From the NCBI GenBank assembly GCA_040388415.1, contig JAZKBV010000005.1, forward strand, positions 3,364 through 67,363: a stretch of 64,000 bases of DNA, written 5' to 3'. Source of the DNA: Patescibacteria group bacterium (lineage in GTDB: Bacteria > Patescibacteriota > Minisyncoccia > Phycocordibacterales > PALSA-1337). The translations under genes and the position numbers were made by a program. Shown piece by piece: positions 36,595-46,252 of the stretch (positions are counted from its first letter, which is position 1; every line of letters begins with the position of its first letter). The notes beneath the pieces are model-generated. The model searched no databases. It was not told where the DNA came from and was given only the letters and a program-made list of their open reading frames with translations.

Positions 36595-37608
36595 CTATTT
36601 TCTAAGGAGTACCTTCAATACCGCAGTGTGTATATCCTTCTCATCCATGTCGTAGTGAGCTATGAGCTCATCTGGCGTACCTGATTGACCGAACAGATCT
36701 TTTACTCCCACAAACTCAATAGGCACCGGGAAATGCTTTGCGAGACACTCTGCTACTGCTGAACCCATACCTCCAGCGATCTGATGTTCTTCGACAGTGA
36801 CGATAGCGTGGGCATCATGAGCGATACGGATGATCGCATCTTCATCAAGGGGCTTGATGGTTGAAAGGTTGACCACTGCCACGTTCTTCCCTTCTTGATT
36901 GAGCTTGCGAGCGACTTTGAGCGCTCTATAGAGGAGTGCGCCTGTAGCGATGATGCCGACATCCAGATCTCTCTTATGGGAATCGCCTGAAACACGCGAA
37001 TCAAATACAACTTGTGCCTTCCCTATCTCAAACGGTGTCTCATCGGTTGTAATGACAGGTGTTTTTTCGCGAGCCAGACGGATATAGGTTGGTGAATCAG
37101 TTTTGCTTGCAGCGATAGTTGCCTTGCGTGCTTCGATAGAATCACATGGTGAAATGACGACCATACGAGGGATGACGCGGGTGATAGCGATGTCTTCGAT
37201 AGCTTGGTGCGTGCCACCGTCAGGGCCGACCGATATGCCCGCATGCGAGCCAGCGATCTTTACGGGTCGGTTGTTGTAGGCGATCGTGGTGCGAATCTGT
37301 TCCCAGTTTCTGCCAGGACTGAACATGGCGTATGAAGTAATGAATGGAATCTTGCCCATAGCAGCCATACCTGATGCCAGTGCAGCGAGGTTCTGTTCAG
37401 CGATGCCCATCTCCACGAATCGTTCAGGAAATTTCTGTTTGAAAGCGAGCATGTGGGTCGACTCAGTCAGGTCAGCACAAAGACCGACGATACGTTTGTC
37501 TGCTTCAGCGGCTTGGAGGAGGCCTTCACCAAAGCCCTTGCGTATAGGAACTTGCTCGACGTCCTTGTCGAAGAGGTGCGGGTTGAGTTTTTGGTGGGGG
37601 TTGAGCAT
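36595..37608 (-). CDS. Transketolase C-terminal subunit (pyrimidine-binding plus C-terminal domains)
   Basis: The motifs are GIAEQNLAALASGMAAMGKIPF, GSHAGISVGPDGGTHQAIEDIA and a C-terminal TKC domain. The 337-aa size is typical of split TktB. Confidence 0.85.
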   Translation of the reverse strand: MLNPHQKLNPHLFDKDVEQVPIRKGFGEGLLQAAEADKRIVGLCADLTESTHMLAFKQKFPERFVEMGIAEQNLAALASGMAAMGKIPFITSYAMFSPGRNWEQIRTTIAYNNRPVKIAGSHAGISVGPDGGTHQAIEDIAITRVIPRMVVISPCDSIEARKATIAASKTDSPTYIRLAREKTPVITTDETPFEIGKAQVVFDSRVSGDSHKRDLDVGIIATGALLYRALKVARKLNQEGKNVAVVNLSTIKPLDEDAIIRIAHDAHAIVTVEEHQIAGGMGSAVAECLAKHFPVPIEFVGVKDLFGQSGTPDELIAHYDMDEKDIHTAVLKVLLRK

Positions 37609-37613
37609 TTAGA

Positions 37614-37961
37614 TTATTTCATTTTATTTCGATTTTTGATTTTACCGTAAAGCCAGCCAATCAGTGCTCCTATTATGAACCAGTAAATACTAAAATTAAT
37701 TAGTAAACCATAGATAATCGGAAGATGCGTTAGAGGATAAAGATTAATTCCTACCAAGTAAAGTGGATAAAGTATAGCTGTAGTTATACATAAACCAAAT
37801 ATTTGTCCGATAATTACATTAGGAAAAAAAAGTCCTATTAGGTCACTATTGTCATGTGGATGTAAAACACCTGGAATACTGATTAAAATCAGAGATAATA
37901 TGATGTTAAATATTGCACATATAATTCCAAATTTTAACCAGTATCGTTTATTTGTTTGCAT
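37614..37961 (-). CDS. Small membrane protein, paralog of 38239..38478
   Basis: A 115-aa ORF with three or four TM helices. The C-terminus is IGALIGWLYGKIKNRNKMK. The DNA motif ccgtaaagccagccaat is shared with 38239..38478. Confidence 0.5.
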   Translation of the reverse strand: MQTNKRYWLKFGIICAIFNIILSLILISIPGVLHPHDNSDLIGLFFPNVIIGQIFGLCITTAILYPLYLVGINLYPLTHLPIIYGLLINFSIYWFIIGALIGWLYGKIKNRNKMK

Positions 37962-37980
37962 TAAAATAGTATTAATTAAT

Positions 37981-38232
37981 TTACAATCCCAAACTACTTA
38001 CGATCGCCGCGAAGAGTATCAGTACCCCACCCTCGATTTTACGAATACTTAAATCTCTTTTCGTCTGCTTGAAGTGATAGCTGGCATCATGGTTGAGCAT
38101 GAGCACTACGCCAAGGACGATACTGACGAGGAGGAACAGGTTAAATAAAGACGAAAATATTGATTGTGTACTGACGAAGTAGATTGCAAGTCCAAGGAAA
38201 AGGAGTTTTAGGATGATTTCGATGATTCTCAT
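37981..38232 (-). CDS. Small membrane protein
   Basis: An 83-aa ORF with two TM helices. Confidence 0.4.
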   Translation of the reverse strand: MRIIEIILKLLFLGLAIYFVSTQSIFSSLFNLFLLVSIVLGVVLMLNHDASYHFKQTKRDLSIRKIEGGVLILFAAIVSSLGL

Positions 38233-38238
38233 GGTGAT

Positions 38239-38478
38239 TTAGTTAGTTTTACTAATTTTACTTTTAATTTTTCCGTAAAGCCAGCCAATTAGGAAGCCGA
38301 GCGGGATTAATGTCCAGAAAAAAATTATAACGACACCAACTCCAATATAAGCTAAGGTAGCATCAGGATTTCCAGATTTATAAATTACTGAACACAAAAT
38401 ACTAACCAGTATAAATATTGCATAAATAATTGCTCCCACTTTCAATCCAATTTGTCCGTAATCTTTTGAGATTTGCAT
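38239..38478 (-). CDS. Small membrane protein, paralog of 37614..37961
   Basis: A 79-aa ORF whose C-terminus is LIPLGFLIGWLYGKIKSKISKTN. Confidence 0.5.
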   Translation of the reverse strand: MQISKDYGQIGLKVGAIIYAIFILVSILCSVIYKSGNPDATLAYIGVGVVIIFFWTLIPLGFLIGWLYGKIKSKISKTN

Positions 38479-38484
38479 ATAATT

Positions 38485-39333
38485 TTATTTAACAATAATC
38501 CCCAACGCCTCCCTGGCCGTCTTTATCTCCTCGGGCGTCGTTGGTGGCTTACCGTGCCATTCAAACTTACGCTCAAAAGCAGGAATACCCTTTGAAGCAA
38601 TGGTATTGGCGATGATGACTGATGGCTTATCAAATACCGCCTGCGCCTCGCCTACTGCACGATCAATATCACGGAAATTGTGTCCATCGACTTCGATGAC
38701 GTGCCAGTTGAAAGCTTTCCATTTATCCGTCAGCGGATTGAGTGGCATGACGTCCTCAGTGAATCCATCTATCTGAATATTGTTGCGATCCACGATAGCG
38801 ATGAGGTTATGAAGCTTCTCTCGAGCAGCGAACATGATGGCTTCCCAATTGTTGCCTTCATCGAGCTCGCCATCGCCGAGCAAGCAGTAGAAATACTTTC
38901 CTGATGTCTTGCCGTTGTCTATTTTGTCAGCCATAGCCATACCAACAGCCTGTGAAAGTCCTGCACCAAGGGGTCCAGATGAGTTCTCCAGCATTGGCAA
39001 CCATTCACGATGTGGATGACCCTGGAGCCGTGATCCAAACTTGCGGAGTGTCTTGAGTTCAGATACGGGGAAATAGCCGGCATGCGCCATGGTTGAGTAC
39101 AGCACTGGGCAGATGTGACCATTTGAGAGGATGAGGCGGTCGCGGTATGGCCACGCAGGTTTCTTCGGATCATGCTTGAGCGCATGGAAATAGAGATACG
39201 TGAAGATGTCAGCCATGTCGAGAGGACCTGCGGTGTGGCCTGACTTTGCTTCAATGAGAGATTCGATGAGCGAACGACGAATATCGAGGGCTTTTGCTTC
39301 GAGAAGCTTTACTTTTTCATCGGTCAATGACAT
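38485..39333 (-). CDS. Transketolase N-terminal subunit (TPP-binding)
   Basis: The motifs are SGHTAGPLDMADI, LSNGH and the TPP motif GDGELDEGNNWEA. Confidence 0.85.
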   Translation of the reverse strand: MSLTDEKVKLLEAKALDIRRSLIESLIEAKSGHTAGPLDMADIFTYLYFHALKHDPKKPAWPYRDRLILSNGHICPVLYSTMAHAGYFPVSELKTLRKFGSRLQGHPHREWLPMLENSSGPLGAGLSQAVGMAMADKIDNGKTSGKYFYCLLGDGELDEGNNWEAIMFAAREKLHNLIAIVDRNNIQIDGFTEDVMPLNPLTDKWKAFNWHVIEVDGHNFRDIDRAVGEAQAVFDKPSVIIANTIASKGIPAFERKFEWHGKPPTTPEEIKTAREALGIIVK

Positions 39334-39451
39334 GAGTATAATTATATCACGTATTATTCAGTGCTAGGAAAAAAGCTGTGGGTATTAGTTTTTGATTAAG
39401 ATTGGTATAAAAATTCAGCGCCCCCTTGCGGAAGCGCTGTGTTGATTGAAA

Positions 39452-39826
39452 TTACCGATAATCATCGGCGGTCCGAAAACCTTCTTTGTCGCCTTTGTAT
39501 TCTTCGACGAACCGAAAAATATCAGAACGGTCGAGCTGTGTATTGCCCAGTGGAACCGAAATATCAGCAAGTCGCTCCAGTAGCTCGATCTTCTTGAACT
39601 GAGTCATCAAAGTGACTTGTTCCTTGGTGGTTCCATCAGGTAACTTGTCCTGATGCTTGAATAGCCATTCGATGGTGTATTCGAGAGTAGTTGACGCCTC
39701 CATGTGACGCTGACTCATCTCGTCCAAATGCGCTTGTAATTCGGCATCAGTATATTTGCCCCGTGCTTTAGCAACACTCTGACGGCTTGTTGAAATTTGC
39801 ATAGCTTTCCTTTCAATGTTCATCAT
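39452..39826 (-). CDS. Hypothetical protein
   Basis: A 124-aa ORF with no motif. Confidence 0.4.
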   Translation of the reverse strand: MMNIERKAMQISTSRQSVAKARGKYTDAELQAHLDEMSQRHMEASTTLEYTIEWLFKHQDKLPDGTTKEQVTLMTQFKKIELLERLADISVPLGNTQLDRSDIFRFVEEYKGDKEGFRTADDYR

Positions 39827-39983
39827 TCTATGTGCCCAAGTATTTATGAGCGATTGTTATCTTAAGAGGTCTTAAGGGGAATGATACCCTCTACGTTTGA
39901 GTGTATTATAGCACTATTTATAGTCATCTGTCAATACATCAAAAAGCCTCAGCCGAGGCCTTTTGCGCACTTACTGCTATGAA

Positions 39984-40652
39984 TTACCCTAAACTCTGAA
40001 ACTCCTCCAACGCATTGAGTGGACTCTCTGCATTCAAGATAGCTGAACCAATGACGAGCCTGTCCGCTCCTGCATTAATGAGATCCTGTGCGGTATCCAA
40101 GTTGACTCCCCCATCGATAGAAATTGGCATATCCGGATATGCTTTTTTTACCTCCTTAATTTTATCTAAAACTTTTGAATCAAAGTCCTGCCCTTGGAAA
40201 CCAATATGATCAATGCCCATGAGCTGGATGAACTGGACATTAGGAATATGCTCGCTGACCGAAGCGATCGGTGTATCGATATTAAGCGCCAAGCCGATCT
40301 CTACTCTGCTTTGAAGCTTTTCAATAGCTAACTTCAAATCTCCTTTCGCCTCAGCATGTAAAACAATACGATTCGCGCCAACTGAGACCCAGTCATCGAC
40401 AACTTCTTCGGGCTTGTTGAGCATCAGATCGAACTCATAGTCAATCTTGTCCCATGCTGGCAGTGATTCATCTTCGCGGATGAGCATCTCAAAGGTATTG
40501 TCAGGCTTTCTATATGGCCATGTTGGGCTCGGCGTGAACTGCCCATCACAAATATCTATCTGAATACGTTTGGTATTCAACTTAATCAACTCAATTTTGT
40601 CTTGTAGTTCCTCAAAGTCGTCAACAAGGATAGCGGGGATGATTTCAGTCAT
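39984..40652 (-). CDS. rpe: Ribulose-phosphate 3-epimerase family protein
   Basis: A 222-aa TIM barrel. The motifs are IIPAILVDDFEELQDKIELIK and IDICDGQF, with C-terminal PISIDGGVNLDTAQDLINAGADRLVIGSAI. It sits in the rpiB/tkt cluster. Confidence 0.65.
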   Translation of the reverse strand: MTEIIPAILVDDFEELQDKIELIKLNTKRIQIDICDGQFTPSPTWPYRKPDNTFEMLIREDESLPAWDKIDYEFDLMLNKPEEVVDDWVSVGANRIVLHAEAKGDLKLAIEKLQSRVEIGLALNIDTPIASVSEHIPNVQFIQLMGIDHIGFQGQDFDSKVLDKIKEVKKAYPDMPISIDGGVNLDTAQDLINAGADRLVIGSAILNAESPLNALEEFQSLG

Positions 40653-40665
40653 ATGTTGGTTTACC

Positions 40666-41127
40666 TTACTCTATTGAATCAATCTCCACAATGCGTCTCT
40701 GGTGCTTCTCTTCATGTGAAAAAGGTGTCTCCAGCCACTGAACTACTGCCTCTTGGGCTTCACTTTCACTGACAAATCCTGCGCCAATAGAAAGAATGTT
40801 CGCATTATTATGCTCGCGTGAGAGCTTCAAGATATCGTGTGAACCGCCATAGTACACTGCTGCACGGACGCCAGGAAAACGATTGGCGACCATTGCTTCG
40901 CCCTGACCAGACTTGCCAAAGATGATCGCACGGGCAAAACCACTCGAGTCTTGAGCGATGCGGAGAGCTGCTTGGGTCATAAAGTACGGATAGTCATCAT
41001 CTTCGACGAATGCATGCGCGCCCATATCGTCGATCTTGAATCCTTTTGCTTGTAAAAAGACCTTTATCTCTTCTTTGAGCTTGTAGCCGGCATGGTCTGC
41101 TGCCAAAATAATAGGGTGAGTTTTCAT
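40666..41127 (-). CDS. rpiB: Ribose-5-phosphate isomerase B (RpiB/LacAB family)
   Basis: The N-terminus is MKTHPIILAADHAGYKLKEEI. The motif GKSGQGEAMVANRFPGVRAAV follows. Confidence 0.85.
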   Translation of the reverse strand: MKTHPIILAADHAGYKLKEEIKVFLQAKGFKIDDMGAHAFVEDDDYPYFMTQAALRIAQDSSGFARAIIFGKSGQGEAMVANRFPGVRAAVYYGGSHDILKLSREHNNANILSIGAGFVSESEAQEAVVQWLETPFSHEEKHQRRIVEIDSIE

Positions 41128-41429
41128 TTAGCTAGTATAGCATCAAGTTTCTGGTTTATCTCGTTAAATTTCTCATCATGTTTATCTAGTCTCTTGCTCG
41201 TGTTCTTCATGTACAACTTTACATCTCGCATATCTTCGCTCAATGTACCCATGCGTATCTCAAGCGAGTCAAGACGTGTCTCAACTCTTCCGAACCTCGT
41301 GTCAACTCTATCAAATTCACGTAACATTATTTCTGTCAGATTATCAAATTTCTGATCGGTCTTGTACTCATGAGCATTGAACTCGTCACGGGTTATGAAA
41401 TTGAATCTTTCAGTAGTCATTGTGTACAT
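41124..41429 (-). CDS. Hypothetical small coiled-coil protein
   Basis: A 101-aa ORF with heptad repeats. It overlaps the rpiB start by 4 nt. Confidence 0.35.
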   Translation of the reverse strand: MYTMTTERFNFITRDEFNAHEYKTDQKFDNLTEIMLREFDRVDTRFGRVETRLDSLEIRMGTLSEDMRDVKLYMKNTSKRLDKHDEKFNEINQKLDAILAK

Positions 41430-41516
41430 TATTTTATCTCTAAACTTTTAATGCAACAAGTGTATCAGACCGAGATAAAGAAACGATGAAGAAGTTCTCA
41501 AGAAGTGGTGAAGATT

Positions 41517-41894
41517 TTACTTTGAGGGAAATCTGACGGTCGGTAGAGACGAATTAGTATAGATCGTTGTAGGTGTTTCCAATTTGTTACAATGTCTCCC
41601 CCAGATTAATTGTAGATTACAATTTGTTCCATACATGTATGCGCCGCCAACTAATACAACGACGATAATAACAAGGGCTACTATTCTGGTAGTAATATTT
41701 TGTATTTTAAAAATGAAATGACCGATGAGCCACGCTAAAAATATAGCAATGAGAGGAGAAAGCAGAAAAATGGGGATCAACTCATAACCTCCATCTGTAG
41801 CAACTTGGTCTGACAAAAAAATTAGAATAATTACACCTAGGGCAAAGGCTGGTACAAGCCCAGTAATTATTTTTTTAAATATATCAGTTATCAT
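41517..41894 (-). CDS. Hypothetical membrane protein
   Basis: A 125-aa ORF with three TM helices. Confidence 0.4.
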   Translation of the reverse strand: MITDIFKKIITGLVPAFALGVIILIFLSDQVATDGGYELIPIFLLSPLIAIFLAWLIGHFIFKIQNITTRIVALVIIVVVLVGGAYMYGTNCNLQLIWGRHCNKLETPTTIYTNSSLPTVRFPSK

Positions 41895-41903
41895 TTTGTT
41901 TAA

Positions 41904-42935
41904 CTATACCAATCTCCCCGCCTTGATCACATGATCCACCAAGGTATACGTATACCCTGTCTCATTGTCATACCACGCCAAGACCTTTACGAGATCCCCA
42001 TCCACTACGCGTGTCATCTCAAGATCAGCGATAGATGCGTGGCGGTTGCCGACGATATCATGAGAGACGAGAGGCTCTTCGGTGACAGTAAAAATACCAT
42101 TCCAACGTGCTTCTGCAGCAGCTTTTTTGAGAATCGTATTGATCTCTTCAGCTGATGTCTTTCTCTTTGCTACAAAAGTGACATCGACGATCGAACCAGT
42201 GATGACTGGGACACGGATAGAGATACCATCAAACTTATTTTCAAGTTGAGTCGCGACCTTGGTGACAGCAATAGCGGCACCGGTAGATGAAGGGACGATA
42301 TTCTGAGCCGCTGCACGGCCTTCACGGAGGTCTTTCTTACTTGGACCATCAACGAGCGCCTGTGAAGCGGTGTAAGCGTGAACTGTATTCAAAATAGCCT
42401 TTTCAATGCCGACCTTTTCGTCGAGGATAGCAATGAGCGGACTTGAAGCATTGGTGGTACATGAAGCATTTGAAGATACAGTGCAGGTTTCGAGCTTATT
42501 CTCATTCATCGACATGAGGATTGTTGCTCCTTGGAACTCAGAAGCTGGATCATCTTTGATTGGTGCCGATATAACTACTCGCTTTGCACCAGCATTGATA
42601 TGAGCTTGAGCTTTTTCCGCTGAAGTAAAAAGACCGGTACACTCGATGACTACATCTATATCCATTGATTTCCATGGAAGTTTTGTAGGATCTTTTTCAG
42701 AAATATACTGAACATCATGTCCGTCGATACTGAGGATACCTTTTACCTCATCTGCAGTAACTTCAAAAGGACTGACGCCGTAGGCAGTGTCGTACTTGAG
42801 CAAGTAAGCGAAGTTCTTGATACTGCCAAGGTCGTTGATGGCGACTATCTCAATCTCCTCGCGATTTTTAGCAATCTTTGCAAATGCACGACCGATGCGA
42901 CCGAAACCATTGATAGCAACACGGATTTTTTTCAT
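41904..42935 (-). CDS. gap: Glyceraldehyde-3-phosphate dehydrogenase, type I
   Basis: The NAD-binding motif is IRVAINGFGRIGR. The catalytic motif is SNASCTTN. Confidence 0.9.
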   Translation of the reverse strand: MKKIRVAINGFGRIGRAFAKIAKNREEIEIVAINDLGSIKNFAYLLKYDTAYGVSPFEVTADEVKGILSIDGHDVQYISEKDPTKLPWKSMDIDVVIECTGLFTSAEKAQAHINAGAKRVVISAPIKDDPASEFQGATILMSMNENKLETCTVSSNASCTTNASSPLIAILDEKVGIEKAILNTVHAYTASQALVDGPSKKDLREGRAAAQNIVPSSTGAAIAVTKVATQLENKFDGISIRVPVITGSIVDVTFVAKRKTSAEEINTILKKAAAEARWNGIFTVTEEPLVSHDIVGNRHASIADLEMTRVVDGDLVKVLAWYDNETGYTYTLVDHVIKAGRLV

Positions 42936-43114
42936 GAGATAAAAAGATAAGTGGGATTAATGACTAAGAATTACCCTGCAAGTATAACATATTGATATGC
43001 ACAGCCACCCTTTACATTTCAACAATAAAGGAGAATAATCAAGTTCGGAATAGTGTCACTCTGTAATGTAACTTAACAAACACGGCAAACGGTGCCGTAA
43101 ACGAAAGGACTCGT

Positions 43115-43624
43115 ATGGAAATTGCACTTGATGAAATTATCAATCCTCACTATAACCCTGAGTTTGTGGTCGAAAAAGCCCTGACTCACATTGATAAAAT
43201 TAAGGAGAAACTTGAAATTCCAATGACGGAATTTGTGTCAGCAGCATCACGCCTCAAACGTAACCGCGGCATTTCATTTCTGGTGACTTTTGAAGCAAAT
43301 GGAAAAAAAGAACTCGTTCCACTTCGGGTTGAAAGCACTAAAATGGAGATCCATACTCAATTCACTGACAAGGAAGACACCGTGTCCTGGAGAGGACGGC
43401 AGATTCATTCCATTTCCATTGAACTTGGTCAGACCATGGGTGATTTGGTTCGTAAAATCACGACGTATCTAAAAATGTCTTTTAATCGTTTCAAACGCCG
43501 GCTTCAGAGCTATGCCCATCACAATAAATTGAAGCTGGAAAAACGTCTCACGCGATTCAAAGAAAAAACCGAACCCTATCGGCGTCCGAACTTTCGTCAA
43601 CCGTGTCACCCATGTCATTGCTAG
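43115..43624 (+). CDS. Hypothetical protein
   Basis: A 169-aa ORF with a basic, Cys/His-rich C-terminus (PCHPCHC). Confidence 0.4.
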   Translation: MEIALDEIINPHYNPEFVVEKALTHIDKIKEKLEIPMTEFVSAASRLKRNRGISFLVTFEANGKKELVPLRVESTKMEIHTQFTDKEDTVSWRGRQIHSISIELGQTMGDLVRKITTYLKMSFNRFKRRLQSYAHHNKLKLEKRLTRFKEKTEPYRRPNFRQPCHPCHC

Positions 43625-43705
43625 CTTTCTGAGTGACATTCAAATTTCACACAGTGGTCACCTCTTACAGGGTGACTGCTTTTTTATTCTTTAAAAACAT
43701 TCCTT

Positions 43706-44776
43706 TTATAAACTCTTCGCAATCCTCTTTACCAACCCTGGCCCTTCATAGATCATTCCGGTTATCAATTGGATCAAGTCCGCACCCGCGTCAAATTTCT
43801 CTTTGGCCGTCTCAGGTGACATGATGCCACCAACGCCGATGATAGTGAATCGGTTGCCGTACATTTCTTTTGTCTTACGGATCAAATCAGTCGATGGGTG
43901 GGTACAAGGTTTACCTGAAAGACCGCCAACGTATTCTTTCGGCGCCTCTTTACGCACAGTAAGCGTACCGTAGTCTTTGTTCAGATTACCAATGACGACT
44001 CCGTGTAATTTGTTCTCGTCAATGATTTTAAGTAGTTGAGCAAAATGATCCCACGGAATGTTGATTGGCATCTTTACGTATACCGGCTTTGAGCACGGAA
44101 TCTTCATAAGCGCAGGTAAAAGCTGAGCGAGCAATTCTGGCTTAGCGAATGTCTCACCGCCAAACGCATTTGGACAAGAGATATTAATAGTATAATAGTC
44201 GCCAACCCCTTCTTCATTGAGCCTTTTGAACGAATACACATAGTCATCAATACCAGCTTGAACAGATTGAGCAGACTTTTCGTCATTAGTTCGTGCAATC
44301 GAAATACCAATCACGAATTGATCATTGGTTATTGTTACTTGGTCATTAAATCTCGGAACTCTCTGTTTTAGTCGCTCAATTATTTTATCGACTCCCTCAT
44401 TCCTCAGACCTTTATTCACAATAATGCTCTTTGACTGTGGCAGGCGCGTCAATCGTGGCTTCGGATTGCCTTCTGAGGGTCGTGCGGTGACAGAGCCGAC
44501 TTCTTCCCCACCAAAACCTATCTTCGGCAAGATTTGAGTCAAACGGCCATTGTAATCAAATCCAGCAGACAAAAGGATTGGAGTTCTGTATGCCAGACCA
44601 TCAACAGTTTTAGAAATATTTTTTCCGCTTTTCTTTGGATGATATCCGTACAATAGTGACGCTACCCAGCGCGTCAAAGCGAATCTGCCGAGAAATTCCC
44701 CTCGCGAGGTGAAGAAATCATGGACATCTTCTGGGTCAAAGCGGAACAATATCGGCTTGAGGAGGTATTTGTACAT
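43706..44776 (-). CDS. pyrD: Dihydroorotate dehydrogenase, class 2 (quinone-type) architecture
   Basis: The N-terminal extension is LLKPILFRFDPEDVH. The motifs are GFGGEEVGSVTARPSEGNPKPRLTRLP, NKGLRNEGVD and GVGGIMSPETAKEKFDAGADLIQL. The start is taken at the internal ATG (MYKYLL) rather than the upstream TTG. Confidence 0.75.
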   Translation of the reverse strand: MYKYLLKPILFRFDPEDVHDFFTSRGEFLGRFALTRWVASLLYGYHPKKSGKNISKTVDGLAYRTPILLSAGFDYNGRLTQILPKIGFGGEEVGSVTARPSEGNPKPRLTRLPQSKSIIVNKGLRNEGVDKIIERLKQRVPRFNDQVTITNDQFVIGISIARTNDEKSAQSVQAGIDDYVYSFKRLNEEGVGDYYTINISCPNAFGGETFAKPELLAQLLPALMKIPCSKPVYVKMPINIPWDHFAQLLKIIDENKLHGVVIGNLNKDYGTLTVRKEAPKEYVGGLSGKPCTHPSTDLIRKTKEMYGNRFTIIGVGGIMSPETAKEKFDAGADLIQLITGMIYEGPGLVKRIAKSL

Positions 44777-44813
44777 AGATTTAATATACCACAAAGCATG
44801 GTAGAATCTCACC

Positions 44814-45425
44814 ATGATTTCACTCTCCGATCTCGTCCACTGGATGCAGGTATTCGCGTCCAATCATGAGTATCTCATCTATGCGGTACTCTACATTCTC
44901 GCTCTCGCTGAGGGTCATATCATCTCGATTATTTGTGGTCTATTCATCCGTCTCGGTAATCTCTACGTCATACCGACAGCGCTAGCTATCATTGCTGGCA
45001 ATCTTACGGGCGACATTTTACTCTACTGGGCGGGATACCATTGGGGTGAGCGTTTTGTTCTTTCTCTCGGCAAGTATGTCGGGGTGAACGACCAATCTAT
45101 TGAAACTGCGAAGCGTATATTCGCAAAGTATCACTCACCAATCCTGCTCGGATCAAAGTTGACGAATGGCTTTGGACTTGCGACCGTAATTTTATTTACT
45201 GCAGGCATGACTCGAGTGTCGTTTGTAAAGTATATGTTTTTGAATGTTATTGGTGAGTGTGCGTGGACAGCCATCTTGATTGCGGTCGGTTTTTTCTTTG
45301 GCCACCTCTACATAACGATAAACAATATCTTTGGTCGTATTTTCATTACCGCGTTCATTATCGCTATCGGCTATATCCTTTTCCGTGTGAACAAATATAT
45401 GCGTAACAAAATTGAGAATATATAA
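44814..45425 (+). CDS. DedA/VTT-family membrane protein
   Basis: The motifs are LIYAVLYILALAEGHIISIICGLF and GYHWGERF. Confidence 0.65.
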   Translation: MISLSDLVHWMQVFASNHEYLIYAVLYILALAEGHIISIICGLFIRLGNLYVIPTALAIIAGNLTGDILLYWAGYHWGERFVLSLGKYVGVNDQSIETAKRIFAKYHSPILLGSKLTNGFGLATVILFTAGMTRVSFVKYMFLNVIGECAWTAILIAVGFFFGHLYITINNIFGRIFITAFIIAIGYILFRVNKYMRNKIENI

Positions 45426-45442
45426 ATCGAGTTCGCGGGCGT

Positions 45443-46207
45443 TTAGCGAATATCTGTATATTCTTGAGTCGTAGGCCGTTTGAGTAAAGCGGCTGAAAGA
45501 AAGTTGATATAGTACAACCAGCCAGTCTTGAAGAAGCCTTGTCCGACAAAACGGCGACCAGATGAAGGCATCTTGAGATCGAGCATGAATCTTACCTTAC
45601 CGACTTTTGCTACACGTCGAGCTATATCGGTATCTTCGCTATAAAATGCGATCGTAGTATCAAAACCCCCCATCAAGTCTAGAGCTTTTTTTGAGATAGC
45701 AAAGTTTCCACCAACAACAAGATACCCGGTGATGAGTTTGTATATCGGATATGCAAAGAGAGTCCATGATAGTGTAGTGGCCCATTGGTGCCACACCGGA
45801 CAGTCATAATAGCGGTAGGGGCCACTCACGCACACTACTTTCGGGTCAGAAGCAAATCCTGAAACAATTTTTTCGTACCACCCGCTCGGCATACGTGTAT
45901 CTGCATCAATAAAAGCAAGAATATCTCCCGTAGCCTCTATATATGCTCTCTGACGAGCCATCACCAGACCTTTCTTAGGTTCATCGACAACACGTACGCC
46001 AGGAATGGACGCGGCGACCTCAGCGGTTTGATCTGTACTGGCATTATTAATGACAAGTATCTCGTGAAATTTTCCTCCCGCATTTCGAGTGACATAGCTG
46101 AGGCACTCAGCGATCGCTTTTTCTTCATTGTAGGCGGGTATACACAAACTTATCTTTGGTTGTGGATTCATGGCAAAAGTATACCACTCTGTTGCACAAA
46201 AATGCAC
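45443..46207 (-). CDS. Family-2 glycosyltransferase
   Basis: The motifs are KISLCIPAYNEEKAIAECL and EILVINNASTDQT, plus a DAD motif. Confidence 0.8.
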   Translation of the reverse strand: MHFCATEWYTFAMNPQPKISLCIPAYNEEKAIAECLSYVTRNAGGKFHEILVINNASTDQTAEVAASIPGVRVVDEPKKGLVMARQRAYIEATGDILAFIDADTRMPSGWYEKIVSGFASDPKVVCVSGPYRYYDCPVWHQWATTLSWTLFAYPIYKLITGYLVVGGNFAISKKALDLMGGFDTTIAFYSEDTDIARRVAKVGKVRFMLDLKMPSSGRRFVGQGFFKTGWLYYINFLSAALLKRPTTQEYTDIR

Positions 46208-46252
46208 TCGTGCTATAATACTTCATATACTTAACTATTAACCACTATAACC

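Noticed and set aside
41124-41894. Two small adjacent minus-strand ORFs (101-aa coiled-coil and 125-aa membrane) considered as a toxin-antitoxin pair
   Set aside because: They have no recognisable toxin or antitoxin motifs. They are separated by 87 bp, and the sizes and compositions fit generic small envelope proteins.
44777-44863. Upstream TTG start giving a 385-aa PyrD that overlaps the divergent DedA gene by 50 bp
   Set aside because: The internal ATG (MYKYLLKPILFRFDPEDVH) matches the canonical class-2 DHODH N-terminus and removes the implausible divergent overlap. The shorter model is used.
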